Assembly (NCBI RefSeq): GCF_963921235.1
Contig: NC_086108.1
Location: 25,358,001-25,422,000 of the forward strand
Length of the DNA: 64,000 nt
Origin: Mobula hypostoma
Taxonomy: Eukaryota
Direction of reading: 5' to 3'
Shown here: in pieces, positions 22,971 through 36,061 of the stretch
How positions within the stretch are numbered: position 1 is the first letter of the stretch
Layout: every line of letters starts with the position of its first letter
Notes under the pieces: generated by a model
Database searches by the model: none
Seen by the model: the letters and a program-made list of their open reading frames with translations, nothing else
What the model was told of the DNA's origin: nothing
Program-made: the position numbers and the translations under genes

Positions 22971-23963
22971 ACTATAGGCACTGTGTGCTTGATTCAATTA
23001 ACAATGGGATATAAAGGCAGGTACAATTAATGTGGAAATGTGCACGAATAAAAAAGGCTTTTATGTCATGGCAAATGAGAATAGCTGAGATTGGCATCTA
23101 TGTCGGCATCAAATAGATGGGCTGAAGAGCATGTTTCCACACTGTATAACTCTATGGGTCTCTAGGTTAATGCAAAAAGAAAACAGCAAATCTCCATTTA
23201 TTCTAATCCCTTTCAGCACTTATTATTGAAGAAAATGTCAGGGTCATCTTCAGACCTCAAAGTGCAAAGAACCAACCATCAAATTAAGAGTGCAAAATAA
23301 ATTCAATCAGACTAAAAGTAACCAACTGATCAATACATCTAGTCCCTCAGGTTCCATTTAGTTACTCTCAGATAAATCAAAGGAATCCTTGAAAGCAAAT
23401 GAAAATAAATAGTGCGGCTTTCAAAACGAAACAAACTAAATATTTTAGTTTGATGAGAAAACATAACCAAAAAGCAATCTTCACTTTAGCGGGCAGGGAA
23501 CTATCCAGCTTATCAGTTTAATAAACAGACATGATGCAGTGTTCTCATGTAAAACAGGTAGGAAATAATGCAGACCAGTTCATTGTGCCTTGCTAGAGAT
23601 CTGCCGTAGATAAAGGACATTCAAAGTGACTTCCAGAATACTTTGTGGGGAATATTTGTAAGGTCAGAAGAGCACCTCTGGGGTTCTGAGGAAGAGAAAC
23701 TGATACCAATGTATACTAGTACATCCCACTAACCAAGAGTCTACGCAGTTTTCTCAACTCATTCTGCTGATTCACAGCTCCTTACAGAAGCAACCTCAGA
23801 CAGACACCCACCTAAGACCCCAGTGCTTTAATAGGCAAAAGCAAACAGATCCTTAAATAGTTTGGATCTCCCAAATTGAATTTGGAAGCAGGTCAGGTCT
23901 GAGTTAAGCATAATACTAAGTATTGCTTTTAAGTTTCTTTGTAATAAGTTCTGATCCAACTGT

Positions 23964-25373
23964 TGTCATCATGGCTATCCCTCGAGGTCGAGGATGATGG
24001 TCTTCGTTCTGATGATCTATTTATGGGCTCTCAAGTGGCTTATGAGTCTAATCTTGGTTTTGAAAGTTCTTCCGCATTTAGGACAGGTAGTTCCAGATGG
24101 CAGATCGGGCTTTGGTTGTTGCTGCCTCTCTTTCCATTTTCTTCTCTTTTCCTCTAATTCTTCACATCTGTTGGCTTCGAAAGTTGCTGTTCCTTCTCGG
24201 ATGATGACTTGCCAGATTTTCCTGTCCTTGGCATTGGTTTCCCAATTGTTGATGTCAATGTTACATTTCTTCACATGGCTTTTAAGACATCTTTAAATCT
24301 CTTCTGTTGTCCGCCTCTTTTATGTTTGCCTTCTTTAAGCTGGGAGTGGAAGATTTGTTTCGGCAGACGTTCGTCTTTCATCCAAACAACATGACCGCTC
24401 CATCTTAGTTGGTTCTTAATGACAGAGGCTTCAATGCTTGTTGTTTGTGCTTCATTTAGCACACTGACGTTGGTTCTTCTATCTTCCCAGCTGATATTTA
24501 AGATGTTTCAAAGACAGCATTGATGGAACTTTTCAGGTGCCTTCAAATGACGTTGGTATGTTGTCCAGGTTTCTGATGCATACAGGAGCGTTGGGATTAC
24601 TACTGCTTTGTACACTAAAATTTTGGTGTCTGTTTGGATGACACGATCATGAAAGTCTCTTGTTTGGAGACATCCAAAAGCTGTTCCATCGCATTTAAGA
24701 CGATGTTGGATCTCGTCATTGAGGTCGACATTGGAGGAGAGGTGACTTCCAAAATATGAAAAGTGGTTCACGTTTTCCATAGTTATTTCACCAAGTTGAA
24801 TTAATGGTTCTTTCCGATTTGTCTCAGTTGGTGACGGTTGATAGATGATCTGAGTCTTCTTGGAATTGATGTTAAGTCCAAGTTCATGTATGCACGGTTG
24901 AAGGCAGTCAGAATCTGTTGTAGGTGGTTTTCTGAAAGAGCTGCAACACTGTTGTCATCTGCGTATTGGAACTGGATGAGGGAACTCGTGGATGTCTTCA
25001 TTTTGAGACGGGCAAGATTGAAAAGTCTGCCATCTGTTCTGTAGACAATTTCAATTCCTGGGTGTAGGTCGTCCTTGACAATATGGATGATTGTCGCAAT
25101 GAAGATGGTGAACAAAATTGAGGTAATCATGCATCCCTGTTTTACTCCTGATCTAACTTGAAAAGGCTCACATTTACTGTTGCTGACCATGACTGTAGCA
25201 AGCATGCCAACGTGGAGGATTCTCAGGATTCGAATGTACATTTCAGGGATAGGTGGATAGGACATCCCACAGGAGTTCCCTTGATACTGAGTCAAAGGCT
25301 TTGGTGAGGTCAATGAATGGCATGTACAAAGGTTGAAGTTGTTCACGACATTTTTCTTGTAGTTGTCGCATTG
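23964..25373 (-). mobile_element. 5'-truncated RTE-clade (BovB/RTE-1-like) LINE
   Basis: GVKQGC, YRTDGRLFNLARL, QYADD, YKAVVIPTLLYASETW, LRWSGHV..ERLPKQI and CPKCGR..LISHLRAH. 11-bp TSD gatccaactgt at 23953-23963 and 25374-25384. Confidence 0.93.
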
Positions 25374-26535
25374 GATCCAACTGTAAATCACCATTGAATT
25401 GTCACTGAGTTTCATTGAGACTCCCAAATCTATCTCCAAGATGGATAACTATTTGCTGACTTTTAAAAGTTAATAGCTGATTTGTGGTTGTTGTTGCCTG
25501 TGATTAATGGCTTTCAGGAGATGAAGAAGGTAGTTTCCAATATCAGTGTCAGGAATTTTGTTCAAAATTAGAATGTAAGGAGATGCTATGAGACTACTTA
25601 TCAATGACAAGAGATGAAGATAAACTCTGAGGTATCTGTTATGACCAAAGGTTAAGAATTAACCATGAGAACATCATTGATATCGTTTAATTATATAGAA
25701 AACTGAGACTGCAAGGTTTAAATTAGCATTGAAATAAGACAATTTGACTTAAGTCTTCCCGTGAACTGTCTTCAGTGTTCTTGATTCCATCCTACTTAAT
25801 GAACAGAAAATACTACATCCACAATGTGTTTGTATAAAAACTAACAATTTCAATGAGCAGCAACTATTATCAATCAATGATTCAGATAATCACCAAATAC
25901 TGAAAATAACTGCATTTATAAATTTCAGCCAACATCTGCGAGAAGTTCTGAAGCATATAACAGTTGATAAATTTTCCTTGAACTGCAGTAATCACACGAT
26001 TAATGAAAGGGATACATTCCCGGCAAATGTTTCATTAGCAGAACTTCATAAATCATCAAGGCTGAGAAAAATGCTGTATGGACTATAGAATTTTCCAATG
26101 TTTAGGGGTGGGGTACTTTTATTAAAGCGAAACATGGCCTCATAAAGTGAAATCACGTTCCATGGAGTCATTTTCATTGGAGCAAAAATTCATAAATCAA
26201 ACATCTATGTATTGAGGCAGTACTGTACTATCAGTCCCATTATCAAGGGAAGTGGAGCAGACACTTGCATGTGCAAGTTTCAACACCGCAAATTAAGAAA
26301 ACAATCCAGCTGCTTTGGTTGAGAGAGAAATACCCAGAGCAACAGAAGAGTTCATCAATTTGAATATTGCCTAGGCATTCTTTACGTGCACCTTAACTGC
26401 AAAAGGTGTTTATAAATCGCAGTACTGCTGTCATAGAGCATTATATTGTTCTGAATTTAAATATATGTTCAGACTATGTGTAGGAGTTTGAAAAGTCCTT
26501 CTGTTTCAGACTCTGCAACGCACTATTGGATTGAT

Positions 26536-26570
<35 letters not shown>
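26536..26570. repeat. Compound (TG)n(GA)n microsatellite
   Basis: Read directly from the sequence. Confidence 0.95.
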
Positions 26571-27094
26571 ACTGGCAAAATTCAATAATTGTAAATAAAG
26601 TGAAAGCTAAAATAAGTGTATAAAGGAAAATTTGCATTGATAGAGTTCTTCTTGTAAAGCCATATGAGCCCTTCAGCCTGTGGAATTCATGCCAACTGTT
26701 AAGCACCCATGTGCACTTGTGCCATTTTTTACTCAGAAACACCAATGGGACTAAGACAAGACGAGGTTAGCTAAGAAATAACTTTAGACTAATATCATCA
26801 TATAAATGTGATATACTGTGGATACTGGAAGTCAAAGCAAATAAGATTGGATATACTCAACAGAAGCAGTGGCACAAGGCAAAAGAGAACAAGCTTTCAC
26901 AGTTCAAGTCAATGACCTTCAATCAGAAGAAAGAAGTAAGTTAGAGATCCAAAACAAGCAGGATTGGGGAAAGAGGAAATCAAAGAATGGGGAAAAGGAA
27001 AGCCCGTGATAGGTAAAAGAAGATGTAGATTAGATAATTTTTTAAGGAAGGATGCAAAAGTGGTGATATTGAGACATGGGAAATACAAATGACC

Positions 27095-27240
27095 TACCAG
27101 TCATCTTCATAACATCTCACCCTACAGGTACCCTACACTCAGAATGCACTGAAAGATTGCCTTTAGATTATCTCCTCAGTTCTCTATGGTAAAAGTCAGG
27201 CTTACAAAAGTCTGACTTGCCAGCAGGAGTGCCAGTACTC
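27095..27240 (-). mobile_element. Possible ancient DeuSINE/SacSINE-like head remnant (similar remnant at ~26310-26490)
   Basis: ctcagaatgcactgaaag...tagattat..ctcagttctct resembles a recalled DeuSINE head; highly diverged. Confidence 0.35.
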
Positions 27241-27879
27241 AAAGAAAGACAAAGGCAAATCAAATCAAAATCTAGAAATTGTCAAAATGTAACAGCCTAA
27301 GTAAACCCATATCTGCAAAAATATTCAGCAAGTCAACTTTTCACTTGTGTACTCTTTTCTCCTGAAGAAATGTATTAAAAATCAAAAGCAGCTAACAACT
27401 GCTGAAGGAACTGTCTGCGTCAAGCAGTATCCATGAGGGGAGAAGAATTGCCCATGTATCAGATCAAAACTCTGCTTTACAACACTGATTATTGCTCGGG
27501 TTTCCAACATCTGCAGTCTTGTCCCCATTCTACTACAGAACTGCAAAGTCTCTTCAAGGTATGCTGACTTTGAAAATGCTTCCCCCCTTTTCCTGAAGAG
27601 AATTCTGCCAGCTCTCACTGCTCCCTATCTGTAGTTCCCACGACCCTCCGGCTCCTCTTCGACCACATTGCTACCAAGACTCACTACAGTTCTTTCCTCC
27701 CAGACTTGCCGAGTTCCTCCAAAAATTTGTTGCTCCAGGTCCAGCAATGCCATCTTGTGTGTCTCTACCTAAAATCAAAAGTCTTACTTTATTTCTGAGG
27801 GAGAATATACAAAGTGTGAACCAAGCTTTTTGCTTTGACAATTGCTGATTGACTTTTTGTGAGCTTCCAAAATTGCCTC

Positions 27880-28930
27880 AAACATCAGGAAATCTGCAGA
27901 TGCTGGAAATCCAAAGCAACACACATGAAATGTTGGAGGAACTCAAAAGGCCAGGCGGCATCTATGGAAAAGAGTAAACGGTTTACATTTCGAGCTGAGG
28001 CCCTTCTTCAGGACTGAAAAAGGAGGGGTGAAGTCAGAATAAGTAGGTGGGAGGAGGAGAAGAAGAAGTACATGGTGGCAGATGATAGGTAAAATTGGGA
28101 GAGTGGGAGGGATGTAGGGAAACAGGAATGATGAATGGTGAAAGTGGCAGAATTAGCAGAAGTTCAAGCCTTCAAGCAGAACAAGTGCGGAATAAGTGCC
28201 ATACCTACCCCTATACCTCCTCCCTCACTACCATTCAGAGCCCCAAAAAGTCCTTCCAGTTGATGCAACACTTCACTTGTGAGTCTGTTGGGGTCATTTA
28301 CTGTATCTGGTGCTCCTGGCATGGCCTCCTGTATATTCGTGAGACCTGACGTAGATAGGGAAACTGCTTCAATGAGCACCTTCAGTCCGTCTGCCAGAAA
28401 AAGTGTGATCTCCTTGTAGCCACCCATTTCAATTCCATTTCCCATTCCCATTCTGACATGTCAGTCCATGGCCTCCTCTGCTGTCACAATGAGGCCACTC
28501 TCAGGCTGGAGGGGCAACACCTTATATTCTGTCTGGGTAGCCACCAACCAGATGGCATGAAGATTGATTTCTCGAACTTCTGTTAAATAACACCCCCCAC
28601 TTCACCATTCCTCATTCCTGTTTCCCTCTCTCACCTTATTTCCTTACCTGCCCATCACCTTCCTCTGGTGCTCTTCCTCCTTCTCTTTCTCACATAGTTT
28701 TCTAACCTCTCCTATCAGATTCCCCCTTCTCCAGCCCTTTATGTCTTTTACCAATCAACTTCCCAGCTCTCACCTCTCCCAGTTTCACATATCACCTGCT
28801 ATCTTGTACTTCCTCCCTTCCCCCCACCTTCTTACTCTGAACTCTCAGCTTACTGAAACATCAACTATATAATCTTTTCCATGGATGCGGCTGGCCTTCT
28901 GAGTTCCTCCAGCATTTTGAGTGTGTTGCT
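27880..28930 (+). mobile_element. Penelope-like element with inverted 5' terminal copy
   Basis: 27880-28130 is a reverse-oriented terminus. 28170-28585 encodes KCHTYPYTS..FTCESVGVIYCIWCSWHGLLYIRET (GIY-YIG). A direct terminus follows to 28930. Confidence 0.88.
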
Positions 28931-29544
28931 ACAGCATTTTCTGTTTTCTTTTCCATCTTATGTCGACTTACATTATCAGTGTTGTGCCCCACATATATCT
29001 TTTATTACAGAAAAAACTCTCAGTGTAGTAAATGACCCTGCATTTATTTCTCTTGAATTCAGACCAACATATTGCAATTGTGAGGAAAATCACTGTAGTG
29101 GATATAATGAATGACACGAACTATTAGTCCACCAGAATCCTGCAGGAACCTTTGTTATTTAAAGTCTACAGACATTAGCAGAATCTATATCCTCAATGGC
29201 AAGGATTTGTAGTAATGTCTGTCTCTAAGTTTATTTTTCTATTACTAATATAATCTGTTAAACATAAAGAACTGCTTGAGGAATTTATCACAATAATCGC
29301 TATTATATTAGCTGTCTGAAAATTGCTCTCAATATGCATTCAATTTTTCTTAGTGCATTCACGTATGGGATCTGAGAGGCACTGGCAAGTCAGTATTTAC
29401 TGACCATCTCTCATACTAGCCTGAAGAGGGTTCAGTGAACTATCCTGTTGATCTATTGCAGCTCTTCTCGTAAAGGCATCCTATGGTGCTGTTGGGAAAG
29501 AGATCCTGGATTCAGACACAGTGATGAAAAATAATGACAATATA

Positions 29545-29611
29545 CAGTACTGAGGAAAAGTTTGAGGCATGTGTATATAGCTAGGATGCCTAAGACTTCT
29601 GCACAGTACTG
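29545..29611. mobile_element. 67-bp Tc1-derived mini-MITE
   Basis: TA-cagtactg..aaaagtttgaggca ... tgcctaagacttctgcacagtactg; TIR same as at 21368. Confidence 0.75.
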
Positions 29612-29993
29612 AATTTGTCTATCCTGGAGTGGACAGTGAGTCTGTAAATCTGGCAGGAGCAAAGGATGTTGGCAATGGTGAAGGTGGAGCACTGTGGGAG
29701 GGGTGTGGGACAGGTGGCAGAGAAGGAGAGCCAGGGACAGGTGGTGGAACGGATACAGACACACCCAGCCCTGAGACACCAGGCAAGATCATTTGATTCC
29801 AAACAATTGGTTTATTGATCATTACAGAGTGTCTCTCAGGTGCTTCCTATTCCCACCCCTATCCCTGTCCCTTTCCCACTCTCAATCCACAATAGAGACT
29901 CATATCAGAATTAGGTTTATCATCACTCACATATATCATAAAATTTGTTTTTTTCTTTGTGGCAGCAGTACAGTGCAATACCTAAAATTATGA

Positions 29994-30075
29994 CAGCGCT
30001 GAGCAAAAGTCTTAGGCACCCGAGTATGTATGTATATATATACATACATGTGCTTGAGATATTTGTACAGTCGTG
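29994..30075. mobile_element. Tc1-derived mini-MITE with perfect central 24-bp palindrome
   Basis: cagcgctgagcaaaagtcttaggcac ... gtgcttgagatatttgtacag; atgtatgtatatatatacatacat at 30026-30049. Confidence 0.7.
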
Positions 30076-30594
30076 CACTTCCAAGTGGGAGAGTGTATGC
30101 TTTGAAGGTGGTGGTGTTGCTCTGCACCCATGGACCTTGCTCTTCTTGTTGGTAGAAGTCATGTATTTGGGAGTTGCTATCTCAGTAATCTTGGCAATTA
30201 ATAGCAACATATGGTGACTGAGGAGCATTGCACCAGAGTTTGGGATATTGAACAGAGTACAAGGCAAGTGGGATGTTTTGGGCTTCTAGTGGCAAGCTTC
30301 TTCAGGATTAGTAGAGCTACAATAATTCAGGAGTATTCCTTGATACATCTATTTTGCATTGTGGATGACTGAGATGCTTTAAGAGATGAGTCACTCTCCA
30401 TGAGATAGCCAGCATTTCAACCTGATCAGTTTCTATGTAGCTAGTCACTTGTGTTTCTGAGCAATGATTAGCTCCGGCGGTGGGGGGGGGGGGGCGGGGG
30501 GTTGATGGTGAGAGACTCAGCAATGGCAGAGCACTGAGTCTCTCAATCATTTGGGCACCAGGAACAGATAGGTAAGGCTGCTGTTCATAGACTA

Positions 30595-31620
30595 AAGCTC
30601 AGTGTTCACCATAATCATCCACTCCAGCAAGTTTCAAGGCCTGGCAAGGCAGGTACCTTTCTCTGCAACTGGATTCTTGTCTTCCTCATCAAATAACAAA
30701 ATCTACAATGATTGGTAACAACATTTCCTCCTTGCTGATAATCAATAGCAAGGAGTAACTCAAGGCTGAATGCTCAGCCACTTCTGTACTCCCAATACAC
30801 ACATGATTGGCTAAATACAGTTCCAATGTCATATAATAATTCACCAGCAACCTCTGTTGTTGGACGTATCACAGGTGGAAATGAGTTAGCATACAGGAGA
30901 AAGGTAGAACAGCTGGTTAGTAATACTGTAAAGACAACCTCTTAATCAACATCAGTGAAACTAAAGAACTGATTGTTGACTTCAGGAATACAAATGAGGG
31001 TGAACATGTGCCAACCGACACGTGGTGGATCAGTAGTGGAAATAGTCAGCAGCTTTAAACTCCCATATCAGATGACCTTCCCTGAGCCCAGCGATCACAA
31101 GGAAGGCATGTCAGCATTTTCACTTTTTTTTGTAGGTTAAGGAGGTTTGGCATTGTATCAAAGACTGAGCAAACTTCTAAAGATTTACTGTTAAAAATAC
31201 CTTGACCGGCTGTATCATAGTCTGGTACAGTAATTTGAATGCACAGGAACATAAAAAGTTGTAAAGAGAGGTGGGCTCTGCTCAATATATCACTGGTACA
31301 CCCTTCCCCACAATCAGTAGTATCTACATGAGGTGCTGCCTCAGAAAGGTAATACCTATCAGTAATGATCACCAGCATCCAGGCCACACCATCTGCCATG
31401 GGCAGGAGGTACAGACGCTGAAAGTCCCACTCCAGTTCTTGAATCAACTTTCACAACCCCAATCACTGCTCAATAATAGCAATACCATGACCATTTTGCA
31501 CCATGATGGATCCTCTTGTTTGTTCTAATTGTATTCTTTTAGGTATAATTTTGTCTTGATAATTATCTTCACAATACTGTGTATCTGCTGCGATGTATCT
31601 TTGCTGCTGCTGAGCAGTTG
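30595..31620 (+). mobile_element. Old Rex-Babar LINE remnant
   Basis: ctctgcaactggattctt, KTKELIVDFR-like and GCIIVWY remnants. Confidence 0.7.
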
Positions 31621-31984
31621 ACAATAAGCTCGATTTTAAGTTTGAAAAACACCTTTAGTGAAACTGCAGAAAGAAAATGACTGGGCCTAGGCCTCAAGCA
31701 GTGATTCCTTAGTTTGAAAAAATTGACCTCCAAAGACTGCAGACATCTTCCTTTGTGCAAGGTATAATTCAAACCAGTAAATAATGCCACCTTAACTCCC
31801 CTTGATCTGTGTATCCTGGTACTACATTTGGTTACATGCTTCCTTGCTATCAGGGGTAGACAGTCCCAGTAATCTGCTGAATTCAGCTTTATTCAGCATT
31901 CAGTTTGATGTTGATGTTGATCAAACATCAACCTATGTTCGATCAAGGTTATGTTAAGAACTGTAAGTGAAAGGTCCTGGTGAA

Positions 31985-32570
31985 GCATGAACAGCAATAG
32001 TGAGGTTCCGCCACAGTCAGGGTGAAACCAAACACAAAAACTAGAAAGAAGAGTACCTCATCTTCCACCTGGGTAATCTACAACATTGAAATCGATAAAA
32101 ATTGCTGATTAATAAGCACTGAATTCTCTCATTTCCTTTCTCTCTTTCTTTTCTTCTGATCTGCCAGTGTCTACACATGCAATCTTCACCCTCAGCCCCA
32201 TCACCCCATTTCTTTTACCTCCCCCTCTGTTCCCATTTGCCTGCCCCACCTCCATTATTTTATACCACCCTCCACCCTCCTTCTCCATCACGTGTACCCC
32301 ATTGGTACTTCCACCTATCACCTCCTTGCCTCTATTGCTATTTCCTCCCGTTGTCCTCCCCACCCATCTGTCAATCACACCTCCTCACTTATTTCCACCT
32401 TCACTTACCAGCTCCTACCTCACCCCTCCCCTCCTTATTCTATACTACCTAGCTCCCATCTACTCCTTCTGTCTAAATGAAGGGTCTCAACCCAAAATAT
32501 CTACTATCCTTTCCTCTATTCACTGTCTGATGCAGAGTTCCTGCGGCAGTTTGTCCTTATTCTTTGCTGT
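31985..32570 (+). mobile_element. Old Penelope-like remnant
   Basis: KLERRVPHLPPG / cctcatcttccacctggg, CT-rich tract and degenerate terminus atgaagggtctcaaccc. Confidence 0.6.
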
Positions 32571-32744
32571 TAGTGAGACCATCAATAAGTCAGGCGTTGT
32601 GCAACAGCACTGTTGACCCTTTCTATTTATTTGGTTCAAATTAAGAGTATTGTGTGGGGGTGGTTTTTTCCTTGATTAGAACACTCTTGGATAGGGGTTG
32701 GCACAACAGAATAGAGGTTCCTCAACATTGTACAGTACCTGCAA

Positions 32745-32980
32745 CCTGGGCTCAATTCCTGCCACTGTCTGTAAGGAGTTTGTACGTTCTCCCCCTTACT
32801 GTGTGAGTTTCCTTTGGGTGCTCCAGTTTCCTCCCACAGATCAAATACGTACCAGTTGGTAGAGTAATAGGTCATTGTAAATTGCCCTGTGATTAGGCAA
32901 AGGTTAAATCGAGGTTGCTGGGCAGCATGTTTCAAAGAGCTGGAAGAGCCTATTCCACACTGTATCTCAATAAATAATAA
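32745..32980 (+). mobile_element. V-SINE (HE1-like)
   Basis: V-domain and tail as in 18160-18460. Confidence 0.8.
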
Positions 32981-33379
32981 AAAGATATATCTGAGTATTT
33001 TTCCTCATTGTCAGATTGATGCCAGTGTTGCAACTATATTGAGAAAGCTTGGTCAGAGGCATTTTTAGTCCTGGAGCACCAATTGTCAGTGTTGCAACCA
33101 GACTTATGCTCCCTTTACTATATACAGTTCCCTGCCACAGTTTTTACACCAGCTGGAGTGAATCAGATTAATTGTAGCTTCTGAGATCATGGAAACTTTG
33201 TGAAGAAGTTGAGAGAAAGGAATAGATGCATCAGTTGAGAGAGGGAATGTGGAGTTATTGAAGTTGCCTTGTTTGATCTGGTACTGCCATTTTTAATGTA
33301 ACTGGAGTTATTGTTGTGAGTTTTAAAGTAAGTTTCCTCTTGAATTGATATCACAATAACTCATCTCCAGCATATTTTT

Positions 33380-34000
33380 TTAGATTATGAAGACACGTAG
33401 TCCTCTTTATTGTCATTTAGTAATGCATGCATTAAGAAATAATACAATATTTCCTCTGGTGTGATATTACAAAGCACAGGACAGACCAAGACTGAAAAAA
33501 CTGACAAAACCACATAATTATAACATATAGTTACAACAGTGCAACAATACCATAACTTGATGAAGAAGTCCATGAGCACAGTAAAGTTCAAAGTCTCTCA
33601 AATGTCCCACATCTCACGCAGACGTGAGAAGGAAGAAAAACTCTCCCTGCCATGCCGACCACAATCCGCCTCTGAGTCTTCTGAGAACTTTGAGCTCTGA
33701 TCAGCTCTCTGACACCGAGTACTGAGTGCCATCTCTGTCCGAACGATTTGACCTCCTTCTCAGTCACCAAAAGCAGGCAAGGCCAGGGATTTTGAGGCCT
33801 ACCCTCCGAAGATTCTCGACCACGCAGTAACGACAGCAGCGAACAAGTGTTTCAGAAATTTCTCCAGATGTTCCTCTGTGCTTTCACGTCCATTCTCCAT
33901 CAAATCAGAATTGTCCATAGTCCCTATTTAACAGATACGATATCATTTATCACCGGAGGGCTGCGCACGTGCAGGCGCGCCGCCATCTTCTCCTCCCGCC
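33380..34000 (-). mobile_element. ~620-bp non-coding retroposon with CpG-rich, YY1-motif 5' end and LINE-like 3' tail
   Basis: Minus strand starts GGCGGGAGGAGAAGATGGCGGCGCG and ends ...gacaataaagaggactacgtgtcttcataatcta(a)n; no substantial ORF. Confidence 0.6.
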
Positions 34001-34184
34001 TATTGTGAAGTGATAAGACATACTGTATTTGATTCATTGCAATAGAATTAAAATTCTACTTATAATAAAATAAAAAAAAGGCTTACAATGTTGAAAATGA
34101 TCAAGATATATCTTGTCCACAAATGTTGGAGATCCATACTCCTTGGGTGTAGGTGAAATTCTACCCTCACCTACACACAAGGAG

Positions 34185-34365
34185 TAATTTACAACTCCAA
34201 TTAACCTAACAATCTGCACATCTTTGAGATGTTGGAGGAAACCAAAGTACCTGCCAGAAAGCCTTGTGGTCACAGGGAGAACATATGAACTCCACAGGAG
34301 GTCAGGATTGAACTAGCATCACTAGTGCTGTGAAGCACTTATTTTACAAGCTGTGCCATTGTCCT
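34185..34365 (-). mobile_element. V-SINE remnant
   Basis: Reverse-complement V-domain and tRNA-like head. Confidence 0.65.
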
Positions 34366-35239
34366 GTCCTTCAATTTTTTTTGTAATGAATATCAGCTAA
34401 TTGCTAATCCAATCTACTTGTTCAATATGCCTTTTGAATATTTTCTTCTGCCGTTTTTACTCAATGCAGTGTACCAGATTCAGAAATGTTATTGTTATGG
34501 GCAATAGAAATATATCCAGATTAACTTGCTGTTTGGAATTTGTTTGTAGAAAATGTGCATCAATAGCATCTCTGTTGGTCCTCCAAGTGAACAATGGAAT
34601 AGCTGAAGTATGTTACATGCTTAAGATTAATCTCTGACAAATGATGCAGTTAACTGATCTGTTCCTAGTTCTGCCAAAATCAGGGAATACCTATAGTGAG
34701 CTACCGTCTTTCTTATTTTACCTTTGGTTTAATCACCTAACTCAAACTGATCCTACCTTTATTTAACCCTTACAGATGGCCTCAACTCTCTGCAGTTGTT
34801 TTTCATTGCCCCTTTGGACCTTCCCTAACCACTCTATCTAATCCAAGAGAATCTCTTTACACCACCAGTGCCCAAAGTGTCATTCTCTTCCCTAATCCTT
34901 GGACATCATCCCAGTACCATTTTCCCTCCCTTCCGGGTCTTCTGCACAGTCCAACCCTTATCCTTCTGGCCAATTCCCAGCCATTATCTGTTCTTCAGCC
35001 CTGTATTTTTGCACTAGAGTTTACTGTTCTCATCATCTTCTTCCACATAATCAACTACAGTCTATCTATCCATTCATCATTGTCATGTTATGGTGTCATA
35101 GAGTATTGGAGACGTAAGCCATGGAAACAGGTTCTTAAGCACAGTGGGTTTGTGCTGAACATCAACACCCGCTGATACTAATCCCATTCTCATCTAATCC
35201 CCTCCCACCCACACATTCCATTCTCATCTGCACATTTTA

Positions 35240-35600
35240 GGCAATTTACAGTGTCCAGTTAACCTACTAACCTGCACTTTGGAGTGGTGCAGTAGTCAAC
35301 CTGTGTTCAATCCTCACTGCTGTCCGTGAGGAGTTCTCCCTGAGACCATGTGTGTTTCCTCCGGATGCTCTGGTTTCCTCCCGCATCCCAAACATATAAG
35401 GTTAGTAGGTTCATTGGTCACCTGGGTGTAATTGGGCAGAATGGTCTTGTCAAACCAAAAAGACCTGTTACTGTGCTGTATTTCTCAATAAAAAAACACT
35501 AAAATCTTAGCGTTACAAGATAAAACTGCAGAACCTAGGGGGAATCTACATAGTCACAGGAAGAATGCACAATCTCCACCCAAACAGCACCAGAGGGAGA
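35240..35600. mobile_element. Nested V-SINEs (plus copy ~35282-35495 inside a minus copy)
   Basis: V-domain gtttcctccggatgctctggtttcctccc on the plus strand, flanked by reverse-complement V-SINE pieces. Confidence 0.65.
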
Positions 35601-35629
35601 CTTAAACATCAAATCTTCTTAATAATAGT

Positions 35630-36055
35630 ATCTTATTTATAGCATACTTTTCACACCAACAATGTGCTTTACAATCGGATAAAGTGCAAGCATGAAACAA
35701 AAGACAAAAAGATGTGAGATAAAAGCAAGGTTAAGTAAATAAGTTTTAACTGATCTTACATTTGTAGATCAATTAAAAGTTTCAACTGATTCTGCATCCG
35801 TGATAGTTTTAGGCATTGAATTCTACCGCTTAGGAGTGTAGTTCAAAAAAGCTGACTTGCCAATTATCTTTTGGGGGAGATTGTTTTAATTTAGAGCCTG
35901 GCAGAAGACGAACTGAGAGCTCTAGCAGGATTATAAAGCAAAAGCGATTCTGTGATGTAATCCGGTCTCAGACCATTGAGAGCTATAAAAACACGTAAGG
36001 GAACTTTAAAATCAATTCTGAAAGATCTCAGAAGCCAATGCAGTGTCAGAACCAC
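35630..36055 (-). mobile_element. L2-clade LINE 3' remnant
   Basis: Minus-strand translation HWLLRSFRIDFKV..LNGLRPDYITESL..YNPARALSS, typical of the L2 ORF2 C-terminus. Confidence 0.75.
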
Positions 36056-36061
36056 TGACTC

